In this document: positions 1 to 11,699 of the stretch, one piece after another | Layout of the letters: each line of letters begins with the position of its first letter | Numbering within the stretch: the stretch's first letter is position 1 | NCBI GenBank assembly: GCA_964494065.1 | Contig: CAZBRE010000004.1 | Coordinates: forward strand, 911 to 64,910 | Source of the DNA: an uncultured Alphaproteobacteria bacterium | GTDB lineage: Bacteria > Pseudomonadota > Alphaproteobacteria > JAPULJ01 | Direction of reading: 5' to 3' | DNA length: 64,000 nucleotides | Position numbers and translations under genes: made by a program | The notes under the pieces: model-generated | Databases searched by the model: none | What the model saw: the letters and a program-made list of their open reading frames with translations, nothing else | Told to the model about the DNA's origin: nothing

Positions 1-64
1 CGGCCATGGCGCATGCGCTTAAGCCATTCCTCGATGGTGAAGGATCGGCAATTCGCCGGCCGGC

Positions 65-1471
65 CTACTGAAGCTCCCGCACGTCGGCCAGGGTGCCGGT
101 GACGGCCGCCGCGGCCGCCATTGCCGGCGAGACCAGATGCGTACGCCCGCCGCGGCCCTGGCGGCCCTCGAAATTGCGGTTCGAGGTCGAGGCGCAGCGC
201 TCACCCGGCTCCAGACGGTCGGCGTTCATGGCAAGGCACATCGAACAGCCCGGCTCGCGCCAGTCGAAGCCCGCCTCGACCAGCACCTTGTCGAGCCCTT
301 CCTGCTCGGCCTGTTCCTTCACCAGTCCCGAGCCCGGCACCACCATCGCATAGACGCCCTCGGCGACCTTGCGGCCCTTGGCGATCGCGGCGGCGGCGCG
401 GATATCCTCGATGCGGCCGTTCGTGCACGAACCGATGAAGACCTTGTCGATCGCGACCTCCTTCAGCGGCGTGCCCGGCGTGAGCCCCATATATTTGAGC
501 GAGCGCGCGATCTGGTCGCGCTTGCCCGCGTCCTCGGCCGAGTCGGGATCGGGCACGGCGCCGGTGATCGGCACCACGTCCTCGGGGCTCGTGCCCCAGG
601 TGACTTGCGGGGCGATGTCGTTCGCATGCAGGGTCACCTCGGTATCATAGGTGGCGCCCTCGTCGCTCGGCAGGGTCTTCCAGTATTCCACCGCCTGCTC
701 GTAGGCCCCGCCCTTGGGCGCCATCGGCCGGCCCTTTACATACTCGAAGGTGGTCTCGTCGGGGGCGACCAGGCCGGCGCGGGCACCACCCTCGATCGAC
801 ATGTTGCAAACGGTCATGCGCCCTTCCATCGAAAGCGCGCGGACCGCCTCGCCGGCATATTCGATCACATGGCCGGTGCCGCCGGCGGTGCCGATCTTGC
901 CGATGATGGCGAGGATCATGTCCTTGGCCGTGACGCCGGTCGGCAGCGCGCCGTCGACCGTGATGCGCATATTCTTGAAGGGCCGCATCATCAGCGTCTG
1001 GGTGGCCAGCACGTGCTCGACCTCCGATGTGCCGATGCCGAGGGCGAAGGCCCCGAAGGCCCCGTGCGTCGCCGTATGCGAATCGCCGCAGGCCATGGTG
1101 ACGCCGGGCAGGGTGAAGCCCTGCTCCGGGCCGATGATGTGGACGATGCCCTGGCGCACGTCGTCCATGCCGTAATAGGGCACGCCGAACTCGGCGCAGT
1201 TGTCGCGCAGGGCCTCGACCTGAATGCGCGACTCCTCGTCGTCGATGCCGTGGGCGCGGTTGGAGGTCGGCACATTGTGGTCGGCCACCGCGAGCGTCGC
1301 CTCGGGCCGGCGCACCTTGCGCCCGGCCATGCGCAGCCCCTCGAAGGCCTGCGGGCTGGTGACCTCGTGGACGAGGTGCCGGTCGATATAGATGAGGCAG
1401 GTGCCGTCATCCTGCCGATCGACCAGATGGCCGTCCCAGATCTTGTCGAACAGGGTGCGCGGTTTCGCCAT
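65..1471 (-). CDS. leuC: 3-isopropylmalate dehydratase large subunit
   Basis: Full-length aconitase-family protein with LeuC motifs ([32 protein letters not shown]). Start taken at the internal ATG (MAKPRT) rather than the ORF-track start at 1486. Confidence 0.9.
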   Translation of the reverse strand: MAKPRTLFDKIWDGHLVDRQDDGTCLIYIDRHLVHEVTSPQAFEGLRMAGRKVRRPEATLAVADHNVPTSNRAHGIDDEESRIQVEALRDNCAEFGVPYYGMDDVRQGIVHIIGPEQGFTLPGVTMACGDSHTATHGAFGAFALGIGTSEVEHVLATQTLMMRPFKNMRITVDGALPTGVTAKDMILAIIGKIGTAGGTGHVIEYAGEAVRALSMEGRMTVCNMSIEGGARAGLVAPDETTFEYVKGRPMAPKGGAYEQAVEYWKTLPSDEGATYDTEVTLHANDIAPQVTWGTSPEDVVPITGAVPDPDSAEDAGKRDQIARSLKYMGLTPGTPLKEVAIDKVFIGSCTNGRIEDIRAAAAIAKGRKVAEGVYAMVVPGSGLVKEQAEQEGLDKVLVEAGFDWREPGCSMCLAMNADRLEPGERCASTSNRNFEGRQGRGGRTHLVSPAMAAAAAVTGTLADVRELQ

Positions 1472-1598
1472 GTCGCCTGGTTCCATTTAGCCTGGATTTG
1501 GGTCGTCTCGAAAATGACCTGATACCGCGCGGGTGCTATGGCAAGCGCGCCCGTGCGGGCGCTAGACGTAGCCTTTCAGACCGTCACGATCAATCCCG

Positions 1599-2483
1599 TC
1601 AGGCCACGGGGCCGTCCGGCCAGGCGCCGCCGCGCGCCACGGTGACCGGCACTTCGTTGATCGGATAGCCCGCCGCGGCCGGGATGCAGACGGCCTTGTC
1701 GCCGCCGCGATCCTCGATCTTGGGCTGGACGGCAACGATTTCGCGGGCCCGCGCCGCCGCAACCGCCGCCTCGACGCTCGCCGTCTGGGCCAACAGCATG
1801 AGATTGAGCCGGGTCGGAAAGACGATCGGCCGGGTCCCGGCATTGGCCTCGACCAGCGCCGCTTCCGGGCGGATCCAGATCGAATCGACCGTCTCGCCGC
1901 CATCGTGCAGCGCCGCCTGATCGGCGGGCGCCACGGTCAGGTAGAAATGCGTGTCGAAGCGCTTGGGCACGATCACCGGCGTGATCCAGCGCGCAAACGG
2001 CACTAGCGCATCGCAAGCGAGACGGAGGTTGTGCGCGCGGACGAAGTCCGCCATCGCCAGCGCCCCGGTCTCGAAGGGCGCGCGGTAGTCCTGAAGCGCC
2101 TCGACCGAGGCCGCGTCGAGCAGCCCCGTCTCGCCCTCACGCCGCGCCAACAGCACGCCGCACTCCTCGAAGCTCTCGCGGATCGCCGCCACCGCCAAAG
2201 CGAGCTCGGTATCGTCGAGCCCGTCGGCGCCGTCGCAATGGTCGCGCAGCAGAGGATCGCCGTCGCCGTTGGCCAGCTTGCCGCCCGGAAAGACCGAGGC
2301 GCCCGAGGCCGTATCGATCTCGTGATGGCGCACCACCATGAATACTTCGAGCCCCTCCGGCGCGTCACGAACCAGCAGGATCGTCGCCGAGGGCAAAGCG
2401 GGGGCCGGTTCGGAGATCGTCAAGGAATGCGCCTTTCGTGAGGATCCGCGTCGATCATGGACTTTGGACCCGGCCGGGTCCAT
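1599..2483 (-). CDS. NUDIX hydrolase family protein
   Basis: Nudix box GGKLANGD...IRESFEECGV present. Start uncertain; an internal alternative start is possible. Confidence 0.65.
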   Translation of the reverse strand: MDPAGSKVHDRRGSSRKAHSLTISEPAPALPSATILLVRDAPEGLEVFMVVRHHEIDTASGASVFPGGKLANGDGDPLLRDHCDGADGLDDTELALAVAAIRESFEECGVLLARREGETGLLDAASVEALQDYRAPFETGALAMADFVRAHNLRLACDALVPFARWITPVIVPKRFDTHFYLTVAPADQAALHDGGETVDSIWIRPEAALVEANAGTRPIVFPTRLNLMLLAQTASVEAAVAAARAREIVAVQPKIEDRGGDKAVCIPAAAGYPINEVPVTVARGGAWPDGPVA

Positions 2484-2610
2484 CTCTCACAATATCTTGG
2501 GTGTCGGGCGTTGCGCTTTTCGCGCATCTGCCATGCACCCGTACAAGATTGAAAGCCCGCGACGTGGGGCGTAGTTCGCCTTCAATGTTTCCTACCAGGA
2601 TTGCGTGATC

Positions 2611-3825
2611 ATGACCGACGCCGTCAAAACCTGGCGCACGCCGACCATCATCATTTTCGCCGGCTGCCTGATCACGATCGTCAGCTTCGGCACCCGCGCC
2701 GGCTTCGGGCTGTGGCTCGATCCGATGTCGAAGTCGCTCGGCTGGGGCCGCGAGGTCTTCTCGCTCGCGGTCGCGATCCAGGTGCTCGTCTGGGGCGCCG
2801 CCCAGCCCTTCGCCGGCATGCTCGCCGACAAATACGGCAACGCTCGCGTGCTCTCGATCGGCGCATTGCTCTATGCCGCCGCCGTCTATCTGATGGCGAT
2901 GTCCGATACGCCGGTCATGCTGAACCTCTCGGCAGGACTGTTGCTTGGCCTCGGCCTCGCCGGCGCCTCCTTCTCGATCGTGCTCGCCGCCTTCGGGCGC
3001 ATGGTGCCCGAGGAGCGGCGATCGACCGCGCTCGGCATCGGCACCGCCGCGGGCTCGATGGGCCAATTCCTGATCGTACCGATCAGCCAGTTCATGATTT
3101 CGCGCTTCGACTGGCAGACGGCGCTGATCATCGCCAGCGCCTTCCCGCTGCTGATCATCCCGTTCTCGATGGCGCTGGCCGGAAAGTCCGAATTCGACGG
3201 CGTCGGCCAGGACCAATCGATCGCCGCCGCGATCCGCGAGGCGAGCCGGCATCCGTCCTATATCCTGCTGGTGATCGGCTTCTTCGTCTGCGGTTTCCAC
3301 GTGACCTTCATCCAGGTCCACCTGCCGCCCTACATCACCGATGCGGGGATGGACGCGTATGTCGGCGCCTGGGCGATCGCTGTCGTAGGCGCGCTCAATA
3401 TCGTGGGGTCGATCACAGCCGGCATGCTGGGCGATAGGTTCAGCAAGAAATATCTCCTGAGCGGGCTCTATTTCACCCGCGCGGTGGCGATCGCGATTTA
3501 CGTGATGATGCCGCCCACCGTGGTCACGACGCTCGTCTTCGCCGGCGTGATGGGGCTGTTGTGGCTATCGACGGTGCCGCTCACCAGCGGCCTGGTCGCA
3601 CAGATGTTCGGGCCGCGCTATATGGGGATGCTGTTCGGCTTCGTCTTCTTCAGCCACCAGGTCGGCGCCTTCCTCGGCGTCTGGCTCGGCGGCAAGCTCT
3701 ACGACACCACCGGCTCTTACGATGTGGTCTGGTGGATGGGCGTGGCGCTCGGCGTTGGCGCGGCGCTTATCCATTTCCCGATCAACGAAGGCCGCGTGGC
3801 GCGGCTGGCGCAGCAGCCGGGTTAG
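2611..3825 (+). CDS. MFS transporter
   Basis: About 12 predicted TM helices and a G/A-rich hydrophobic profile typical of the major facilitator superfamily. ATG at 2611; an in-frame GTG at 2605 is the alternative start. Confidence 0.8.
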   Translation: MTDAVKTWRTPTIIIFAGCLITIVSFGTRAGFGLWLDPMSKSLGWGREVFSLAVAIQVLVWGAAQPFAGMLADKYGNARVLSIGALLYAAAVYLMAMSDTPVMLNLSAGLLLGLGLAGASFSIVLAAFGRMVPEERRSTALGIGTAAGSMGQFLIVPISQFMISRFDWQTALIIASAFPLLIIPFSMALAGKSEFDGVGQDQSIAAAIREASRHPSYILLVIGFFVCGFHVTFIQVHLPPYITDAGMDAYVGAWAIAVVGALNIVGSITAGMLGDRFSKKYLLSGLYFTRAVAIAIYVMMPPTVVTTLVFAGVMGLLWLSTVPLTSGLVAQMFGPRYMGMLFGFVFFSHQVGAFLGVWLGGKLYDTTGSYDVVWWMGVALGVGAALIHFPINEGRVARLAQQPG

Positions 3826-3847
3826 GGCGAGCGCAGAACCGGCCGGC

Positions 3848-4375
3848 TCAGCTTTCGCCGGCGTCGTCTTTCTTCTCTTCTGCCGTTTCTGCGGCCTTAT
3901 CTTCGGCGGGCGCCTCGGCAGCCTTGGACTCCGCCGCCTTCGCCTTGGCCGCGGCCTCCTCGAGCGCGAAGGCCTCGGCGGCGGTCGCGACCTCCTCCGG
4001 CTTCACGCGGGCGCGGCCGGTCGTGCGCTCGGCGATGCGCGCCGCCTTGCCGGTACGGCCGCGCAGGTAATAGAGCTTGGCCCGGCGGACCCGGCCGCGG
4101 CGCACCAGCTCGATATCCTCGATACGCGGGCTGTAGAGCGGAAAGACACGTTCCACGCCCTCGCCGTAGCTCAGCTTGCGCACGGTGAACGAGGAGTTGA
4201 GCCCGGCATTCTTGCGCGCGATGCACACGCCCTCGAAGGCCTGGATGCGCTCGCGCGTGCCTTCCACCACCTTGACCATCACGCGCACCGTGTCGCCGGG
4301 CGCGAAGTCGGGCAGGCTCTTATCGGCCGTCAGTCGATCGATCTGCTCTTGCTCGATTTGCTGGATGGTGTTCAT
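3848..4375 (-). CDS. rplS: 50S ribosomal protein L19 with Ala/Glu/Lys-rich C-terminal extension
   Basis: [11 protein letters not shown]...[23 protein letters not shown] is canonical L19. The start ATG at 4375 overlaps the trmD stop by 4 nt. The low-complexity tail is [25 protein letters not shown]. Confidence 0.9.
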   Translation of the reverse strand: MNTIQQIEQEQIDRLTADKSLPDFAPGDTVRVMVKVVEGTRERIQAFEGVCIARKNAGLNSSFTVRKLSYGEGVERVFPLYSPRIEDIELVRRGRVRRAKLYYLRGRTGKAARIAERTTGRARVKPEEVATAAEAFALEEAAAKAKAAESKAAEAPAEDKAAETAEEKKDDAGES

Positions 4376-5118
4376 CGCTCGCTTCCTTCTTCTATCCGGG
4401 CCGTCTTCCGGGCCGCCTCGTAGCGGGCCCACAGATCGGGCCGCCGGCGGCGTGTGATCTCCTCCGCCTGGGCCAACCGCCAGGCGCGTATCTTCTCGTG
4501 GTGGCCGGAAAGCAGAACCTCCGGCACCGCCCGTCCCTGCCATTCGGCCGGCCGGGTGTAGTGGGGATACTCCAACAATCCCCGCTCGAAACTCTCCTCG
4601 CCCAGCGAGGCCGCAGCGCCCAGCACCCCGGGCAGCAGGCGGACCGTCGCGTCGATCAGCGCCAGCGCCGCGGGCTCGCCGCCCGACAGCACGAAGTCGC
4701 CGAGGCTCACCTCGTCGAGATCGCGCGCCTCGATGGCGCGCTGGTCGATCCCTTCATAGCGCCCGCACAAGATGGTGACGCCCGGCCCGGCCGCAAGATC
4801 CTCGACCCGTCGCTGGTCGAGTGGCGCGCCGCGCGGCGTCATCAGCAGCACCGGGCCCGGCCGATCGGCCACCGCTTCCAAAGCCGCGTCGACCACGTCG
4901 GGCCGCATCACCATGCCCGGACCACCACCGAAGGGCGCGTCGTCCACGGTGGCGTGCTTATCGCGCGCAAAGTCGCGGATGTCTACCGTTTCGAGCGCCC
5001 AAATGCGCGATTCGAGCGCCTTGCCCGCTAACGATTGCGCGAGCGGCCCCGGAAACATCTCCGGGAAGATCGTCAGCACGGTTGCGAGCCACGGTGCAGG
5101 GGTCTGGGCGGCGCTCAT
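4372..5118 (-). CDS. trmD: tRNA (guanine37-N1)-methyltransferase
   Basis: TrmD signature [12 protein letters not shown]...GGGPGMVM...GRYEGIDQR. Overlaps the rimM stop by 4 nt. Confidence 0.9.
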   Translation of the reverse strand: MSAAQTPAPWLATVLTIFPEMFPGPLAQSLAGKALESRIWALETVDIRDFARDKHATVDDAPFGGGPGMVMRPDVVDAALEAVADRPGPVLLMTPRGAPLDQRRVEDLAAGPGVTILCGRYEGIDQRAIEARDLDEVSLGDFVLSGGEPAALALIDATVRLLPGVLGAAASLGEESFERGLLEYPHYTRPAEWQGRAVPEVLLSGHHEKIRAWRLAQAEEITRRRRPDLWARYEAARKTARIEEGSER

Positions 5119-5648
5119 TGCTCGTCCTCCCCGACTTCGTCCGGCGGCGAGACCACGATGCGCCCGCCGGCGATGTCGATCACCGGCACCGCCGCCTTGG
5201 TGAACGGCACCAGCAGTTCGGCGCCCTCGTTCGAGCGGATCTCGATCAGCGTGCCGGCGCCGTGATCGTGGACCGCGCGCACCGTGCCGAGCGGCGCGCC
5301 ATCCTCGTCCTCGGCCGCGAGCCCGATCAGGTCAGCGTGATAGAACTCGTCCGCATCCGGCTCGGGCAGCGCCGCGCGCGCGACATAGAATCGCGTGCCT
5401 TTCAGCGCCTCCGCGGCGTTGCGGTCGTTTATCCCGTCCACCTTGATCACCAGGTCTCCGCGTGCTTGGCCGACGATGCGGAGCGTGAATGTGCGCGTCC
5501 CCGCCTCGTCGGTGACCGGCCCGTAGGCCGCAATGTCTTCAGGTTCGGCGGTGAAGCTCCTGACCCGCAGTGCGCCGCGCACCCCGTGCGCGCCCGCCAC
5601 GGCCCCCAGGCACACACGCGCCTGGTCGGGCTTGTCCGCGTCCACCAT
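5115..5648 (-). CDS. rimM: 16S rRNA processing protein RimM
   Basis: RimM-like N-terminal domain plus PRC barrel. Sits in the conserved rpsP-rimM-trmD-rplS position. Confidence 0.85.
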   Translation of the reverse strand: MVDADKPDQARVCLGAVAGAHGVRGALRVRSFTAEPEDIAAYGPVTDEAGTRTFTLRIVGQARGDLVIKVDGINDRNAAEALKGTRFYVARAALPEPDADEFYHADLIGLAAEDEDGAPLGTVRAVHDHGAGTLIEIRSNEGAELLVPFTKAAVPVIDIAGGRIVVSPPDEVGEDEQ

Positions 5649-5654
5649 CGGCCG

Positions 5655-6236
5655 CTAGGCGTCCTCCTTCTTCTCTACCTCGGCAGCCTCTTCGGCCTTT
5701 GCTTCCTCCACAGGGGCCTCTTCCGCCGGGGCTTCCTCGACCTTTGCCTCCTCGGCAGGCGCTTCTTCAGCCGGTGCCTCCGCAGCCGCTGCCTCGGCAG
5801 GAGCCTCCTCTGCAGGAGCCTCCTCTGCAGGCGCTTCCTCTGCAGGTGCTTCAGGGGCCGGGGCTGCGCTCTCCGCGGCGGCGGCTTCCTCGGCGGCTTT
5901 CTTGGCCTCCTCGGCGGCCTGCATGCGCTCGACCGTCTTCGGCCGCGGCATATGCTGCTTGGTCTGCTCGCGCCGCTCGGGCAGCGTGATCAGGTTGGCC
6001 GCGCCCAGAAAGCGCGCGACGCGGTCCGACGGCTGAGCCCCATGGCCGAGCCAGTGCTTGATCCGCTCCTCGTTGAGCTTCACCCGGTCGGGGTGGTCCT
6101 TGGGGACCATCGGATTGTAGCTGCCGACGCGCTCGATGAAGCGCCCGTCGCGCGGCGTGCGCGAGTCGGCGACGACGATCCGATAGTACGGTCTCTTCTT
6201 CGCCCCTCCCCGGGCGAGACGGATTCTAAGCGACAT
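5655..6236 (-). CDS. rpsP: 30S ribosomal protein S16 with long Glu/Ala/Pro-rich C-terminal extension
   Basis: [42 protein letters not shown] is canonical S16. The C-terminal ~90 aa are low-complexity [11 protein letters not shown] repeats. Confidence 0.9.
   Translation of the reverse strand: MSLRIRLARGGAKKRPYYRIVVADSRTPRDGRFIERVGSYNPMVPKDHPDRVKLNEERIKHWLGHGAQPSDRVARFLGAANLITLPERREQTKQHMPRPKTVERMQAAEEAKKAAEEAAAAESAAPAPEAPAEEAPAEEAPAEEAPAEAAAAEAPAEEAPAEEAKVEEAPAEEAPVEEAKAEEAAEVEKKEDA
5690..5905. repeat. Imperfect tandem 12-15 nt repeats (gcaggagcctcctct-like) encoding the S16 EAPAEE tail
   Basis: Visible reiteration of gcctcctctgcagg units in the 3' part of rpsP. Confidence 0.6.
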
Positions 6237-6310
6237 GATCGTGGGGTCTCCTGTGCCTCTGGTGTCGATTTAGTGTCGATTGGTCTCGTGTATTGCCGTC
6301 AATTCGCTGG

Positions 6311-7720
<1,410 letters not shown>

Positions 7721-8064
7721 CGCGGCCTCAAATCCCCTCCAATTCCGGATCACCCAAACCACGAACGCGCCCGTGCGCGAAACTCGCGGACGGACGGGCC
7801 CCCTCGGGAGCGGATCACAAAGCCAAGGCGATCCGGAAAGTCGTGCGGAATGTATGGAGGGGGCGGGGGGCTGTCAAGGCGGCCAACCCGCCTATCGACA
7901 TACCCCGATACCCCGCAATCCCGCACGATTCCTGGCCACCTAACAGTTTCTTAACCCCAGCGGTGGCCCAATGCCGGCGCCGGCAGATGCGCGTGGCCTC
8001 GAGGGTTCGGAGCCGCCACGCTGTCGCTCGCGCCAGAAGTCTGGGCTGAAGAAGGTTCGCCGCC

Positions 8065-9507
8065 ATGATCTCGCGCTTCAGCGCAGAGTTCACAGATCCA
8101 TCGATGGAGCAGGCGTTTCGCGAGGCGAGCTTCGTCGATGCGCGGCTGCTCAACCGGACGACCGCGGCCATCGCATCGCTGATCTTCGTCGGCTTCGCGA
8201 TATTCGACTACATCGTGCTGGGCACGAGCCAGCTCTTCTACACGCTTTTCGGGCTCCGTATCGGTCTGGCCGGCACGGCGGTTCTAGTCATCGCGCTGAC
8301 GAACGATCCCAAGCGCTACCGCGTCGCAGACATCGCGATTCTGGTGCTGCAGCTCTACATCGTCGGCATGTTCCTGGTCGCGGTCTCGGTTCGGTCACCG
8401 TCAGGGCTGCTCTATCCGCCGAACGTCTCATCCTACGGGATCGTGATGATCGTGCTCGGCAATTACGTCTTCATTGCCACACGGTTTTCGTTCTCCACCC
8501 TGGTCGCGCTGCTGGCGTCGCTCAGCTACCTCGCGGTCAGCCTCCTCTTCCGGCCCTTCACTTCCGTGGACATGGCGTTGGAGGGCACGCTGCTGCTCGG
8601 CTGCAACATGCTCGGCGTCTCGATGCTGCACCGGATCCAGACATTGCAGCGGCGCCAATACGGCATGCTGAGGGAAGAGCGCCTGGCCGGCGAGCGCCTG
8701 CAGGCCCAGTCGCGCGAGCTCAAGACGATCGCCCGCGATCTCGCCCGCGCCCGCGACGAGGCCACCATCGCGAACCGCGCCAAGTCGGAGTTCCTGGCGC
8801 ATATGAGCCACGAGTTGCGCTCCCCCTTGAACGCCATCATCGGCTTCACCGAGGTGATGACCTCGGCCATGTTCGGCCCGGTCGAGCCGCCGCGTTACCG
8901 CGAATATGTCGGGGATATCAACGCCTCCGGCGTCCATCTGCTCGCGGTGATCAACGATCTGCTCGATCTCTCCAAGGCCGAATCGGGCCACATGGAACTG
9001 AACGAGACGGTGGTGCGCATAGAAGATGCGGCCGCCTCGGCGATGCGCCTCGTGCGCGAGCGCGCCTACGAGGCGACGGTCAAGCTGACTCTGGACGTGC
9101 CGGAGACGCTGCCCGATCTCCGCGCCGACGAGCGCATGATCAAGCAGATCGTCCTCAATCTGCTCACCAACTCGGTGAAGTTCACCCAGCCCGGCGGCAC
9201 TGTTGCCGTGAGCGCGCGCCTCGACGACGAGGGCCGCCTGGTGGTCGTCGTCGCCGATACCGGCGTCGGCATCGAGGCGCAGGATATCCCGAAGGTTCTG
9301 GAGGCCTACGGTCAGGCGGACGTTGCCCGGTCGCGCTCCAGCGAGGGCACCGGCCTCGGCCTGCCGCTCGTCAAGTCGATGGCCGAGCTGCACGGCGCCA
9401 GCGTCGAGCTCGACAGCACACCGGGCGAAGGCACCACAGTCACCGTCGGCTTCCCGGCGGAGCGCCTCGTCAGCAGCACCAACGCCGGCGAGGACCGCGT
9501 CGCCTGA
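8065..9507 (+). CDS. Membrane sensor histidine kinase (orphan, no adjacent response regulator)
   Basis: About 6 N-terminal TM helices, HisKA H-box FLAHMSHELRSPLNAI, and HATPase_c G-boxes DTGVGI and GTGLGL. Confidence 0.8.
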   Translation: MISRFSAEFTDPSMEQAFREASFVDARLLNRTTAAIASLIFVGFAIFDYIVLGTSQLFYTLFGLRIGLAGTAVLVIALTNDPKRYRVADIAILVLQLYIVGMFLVAVSVRSPSGLLYPPNVSSYGIVMIVLGNYVFIATRFSFSTLVALLASLSYLAVSLLFRPFTSVDMALEGTLLLGCNMLGVSMLHRIQTLQRRQYGMLREERLAGERLQAQSRELKTIARDLARARDEATIANRAKSEFLAHMSHELRSPLNAIIGFTEVMTSAMFGPVEPPRYREYVGDINASGVHLLAVINDLLDLSKAESGHMELNETVVRIEDAAASAMRLVRERAYEATVKLTLDVPETLPDLRADERMIKQIVLNLLTNSVKFTQPGGTVAVSARLDDEGRLVVVVADTGVGIEAQDIPKVLEAYGQADVARSRSSEGTGLGLPLVKSMAELHGASVELDSTPGEGTTVTVGFPAERLVSSTNAGEDRVA

Positions 9508-9564
9508 GCGCGCCTGCCCGCTTGGCATTCCGCGCCGACCGGGCCATATAAGCCGCATCACCAC

Positions 9565-10428
9565 TTGGATAGCGGCGGCATGAGCGCCATGAGTGCCACG
9601 AAGGAACGCCACTTCATCAAGATGCACGGCCTGGGCAACGACTTCGTCGTGCTCGACCGGCGCGCGAACGGCGGGACCATCCCGGCCGAGACCGCGCGCG
9701 CGCTCGCCGACCGCCATCGCGGCGTCGGCTGCGACCAGGTGATCGTCATCGGCGAGAGCGGCATGGCGGACGTGGCATTGCGCTTCTTCAATCCCGATGG
9801 CGGCGAGTCGGGTGCCTGCGGCAACGGCACGCGCTGCGTCGGCGCGCTCTTGATGAACGAGCGCGGCGCCGACCATCTGGCGGTGGAAACGCTGGCCGGT
9901 GTGCTCGATATCGAGAAGGCGTCGGACGGCCTGGTCAGCGTCGATATGGGCCTCGCCCGCACCGAATGGGACGAGATCCCACTCGCCGAACGCACCGATA
10001 CGCTCCATCTCGGGATTTCGGAGGGCCCGCTCGCCGATCCGGTCGCGGTCAATATGGGCAACCCGCACGCGGTCTTCTTCGTCGAGGACGCCGTGGCCGT
10101 CGATCTGCCCAAGCACGGCCCCAAGCTCGAGCACCACAAGCTCTTCCCCGAGCGCGCCAATATCGGCGTTGCCCAGGTGATCGGTGAGAACCGGCTGCGT
10201 CTTCGCGTCTGGGAGCGCGGTGCCGGTATCACGCAAGCCTGCGGCTCGGGCGCCTGCGCCGCCACTGTCGCCGCGCATCGCCGCCATCTCACCGGGCGCA
10301 AGGTCGAATTGCAACTTGACGGGGGCCCGCTGGCCATCGAGTGGCTGGAGAACGGCCATGTCCTGATGACCGGGCCGGTCGCCACCTCGTTCACCGGCGA
10401 GCTCGACGCCTCGCTCTTCGCCGGCTGA
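9565..10428 (+). CDS. dapF: Diaminopimelate epimerase
   Basis: FIKMHGLGNDFVV...CGNGTRC...CGSGACA catalytic cysteine motifs. Start may instead be the ATG at 9580. Confidence 0.9.
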   Translation: MDSGGMSAMSATKERHFIKMHGLGNDFVVLDRRANGGTIPAETARALADRHRGVGCDQVIVIGESGMADVALRFFNPDGGESGACGNGTRCVGALLMNERGADHLAVETLAGVLDIEKASDGLVSVDMGLARTEWDEIPLAERTDTLHLGISEGPLADPVAVNMGNPHAVFFVEDAVAVDLPKHGPKLEHHKLFPERANIGVAQVIGENRLRLRVWERGAGITQACGSGACAATVAAHRRHLTGRKVELQLDGGPLAIEWLENGHVLMTGPVATSFTGELDASLFAG

Positions 10429-10439
10429 GGGCGGCGACG

Positions 10440-11699
10440 ATGAACGCCAATCCCGGACGCACGCCCGAAATCATCACCTTCGGCTGCCGGCTCAATACCT
10501 ACGAGTCTGCGGCGATGGGCGAGCTTGTCCGCGCCGAAGGCCTCACCGACGCGGTCATCGTCAACACCTGCGCCGTCACCGCCGAGGCCGAGCGCCAGGC
10601 CCGCCAGGCGATCCGCAAGGCCCGCCGCGAGCATCCGGGGGCGGAGATCATCGTCACCGGCTGCGCCGCCCAGATCGACCCCGCGCGCTACGCCGCCATG
10701 GACGAGGTCGACCGCGTGCTCGGCAACAAGGAGAAGCTCGAGGCCGCATCGTTCACGGCCGGTACTGTCGCGCCCGTCCAGGTCAGCGACATCATGGCGC
10801 TCACCGAGACGGCGGGCCACATGCTGGGCGGCTTCGAGGAGCGCACGCGCGCCTTCGTGGAGATCCAGCAGGGCTGTGACCACCGCTGCACCTTCTGCAT
10901 CATCCCTTACGGGCGCGGCAACAACCGCAGTGCGCCGATCGGCGCCATCGCCGAGCAAACGCGGGCGCTGGTCGCGGCCGGATACAACGAGGTCGTGCTG
11001 ACCGGCGTCGACATCGCCGGCTACGGCAAGGACCTGCCGGGTGCACCCTCGCTCGGCCAGCTCGTCCGCCGCCTGCTCGCCGCCGTGCCGGAACTCAAGC
11101 GTCTTCGCCTGTCCTCGCTCGATCCGGCGGTCGTCGACGACGATCTTCTGCGCGCGGTCGCCGAAGAAGATCGCCTGATGCCGCATCTGCATCTGAGCCT
11201 ACAGGCCGGCGACGATTTGATCCTGAAGCGCATGAAGCGTCGGCACAGCCGCACACAAGTTGTCGCGCTGGCCGAACGTCTGCGCGCGCTGCGCCCCGAC
11301 ATCGCCTTCGGCGCCGATCTGATCGCGGGATTCCCAACGGAAAGCGTCGAGGCGTTCGCGAACACCCTGGCGCTCGTCGAGGACTGCGGCCTCACCTATC
11401 TCCACGTCTTCCCCTATTCGGAACGCCCCGGCACCCCGGCCGCGCGGATGCCGCACGTGCCGAAGCCGGTGCGCAAGGCGCGCGCCAAGACGCTTCGTGC
11501 CGCGGGCGAGGCGGCGCTCGGCCGTTTTCTCGATACCCGTATCGGCCAGACCGAAAGCGTGCTGATCGAAGCCGGTGGAAAGGGCCGCACCGCCCACTAC
11601 GCGCCCATCCGCCTCGACGGCGATCACCCGCGCGGCACAATCGTTAAAGCGATCGTGACCGGGCGCGGGTGCGATCATCTGATCGGCCGGGTGCGCTGA
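10440..11699 (+). CDS. mtaB: tRNA threonylcarbamoyladenosine methylthiotransferase (MiaB-like)
   Basis: MTTase N-terminal domain, radical-SAM CDHRCTFCIIP motif, and a TRAM-like C-terminus. Start at the internal ATG 10440, just after the dapF stop. Confidence 0.85.
   Translation: MNANPGRTPEIITFGCRLNTYESAAMGELVRAEGLTDAVIVNTCAVTAEAERQARQAIRKARREHPGAEIIVTGCAAQIDPARYAAMDEVDRVLGNKEKLEAASFTAGTVAPVQVSDIMALTETAGHMLGGFEERTRAFVEIQQGCDHRCTFCIIPYGRGNNRSAPIGAIAEQTRALVAAGYNEVVLTGVDIAGYGKDLPGAPSLGQLVRRLLAAVPELKRLRLSSLDPAVVDDDLLRAVAEEDRLMPHLHLSLQAGDDLILKRMKRRHSRTQVVALAERLRALRPDIAFGADLIAGFPTESVEAFANTLALVEDCGLTYLHVFPYSERPGTPAARMPHVPKPVRKARAKTLRAAGEAALGRFLDTRIGQTESVLIEAGGKGRTAHYAPIRLDGDHPRGTIVKAIVTGRGCDHLIGRVR

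Noticed and set aside
1-64. Possible start of leuD downstream of leuC on the minus strand
   Set aside because: Only a 7-nt fragment (an ATG at 7-5 reading off the window edge), which cannot be supported.
7815-8171. 118-aa minus-strand ORF in the ffh / histidine-kinase intergenic region
   Set aside because: Overlaps the histidine kinase start. No RBS or motifs. Likely chance ORF in a promoter region.
8428-11192. Long minus-strand ORFs (643 aa and 544 aa) across the histidine kinase, dapF and mtaB
   Set aside because: Antisense to well-supported genes. Arg/Gly/Asp/Ala-rich composition typical of high-GC antisense frames, with no recognisable motifs.
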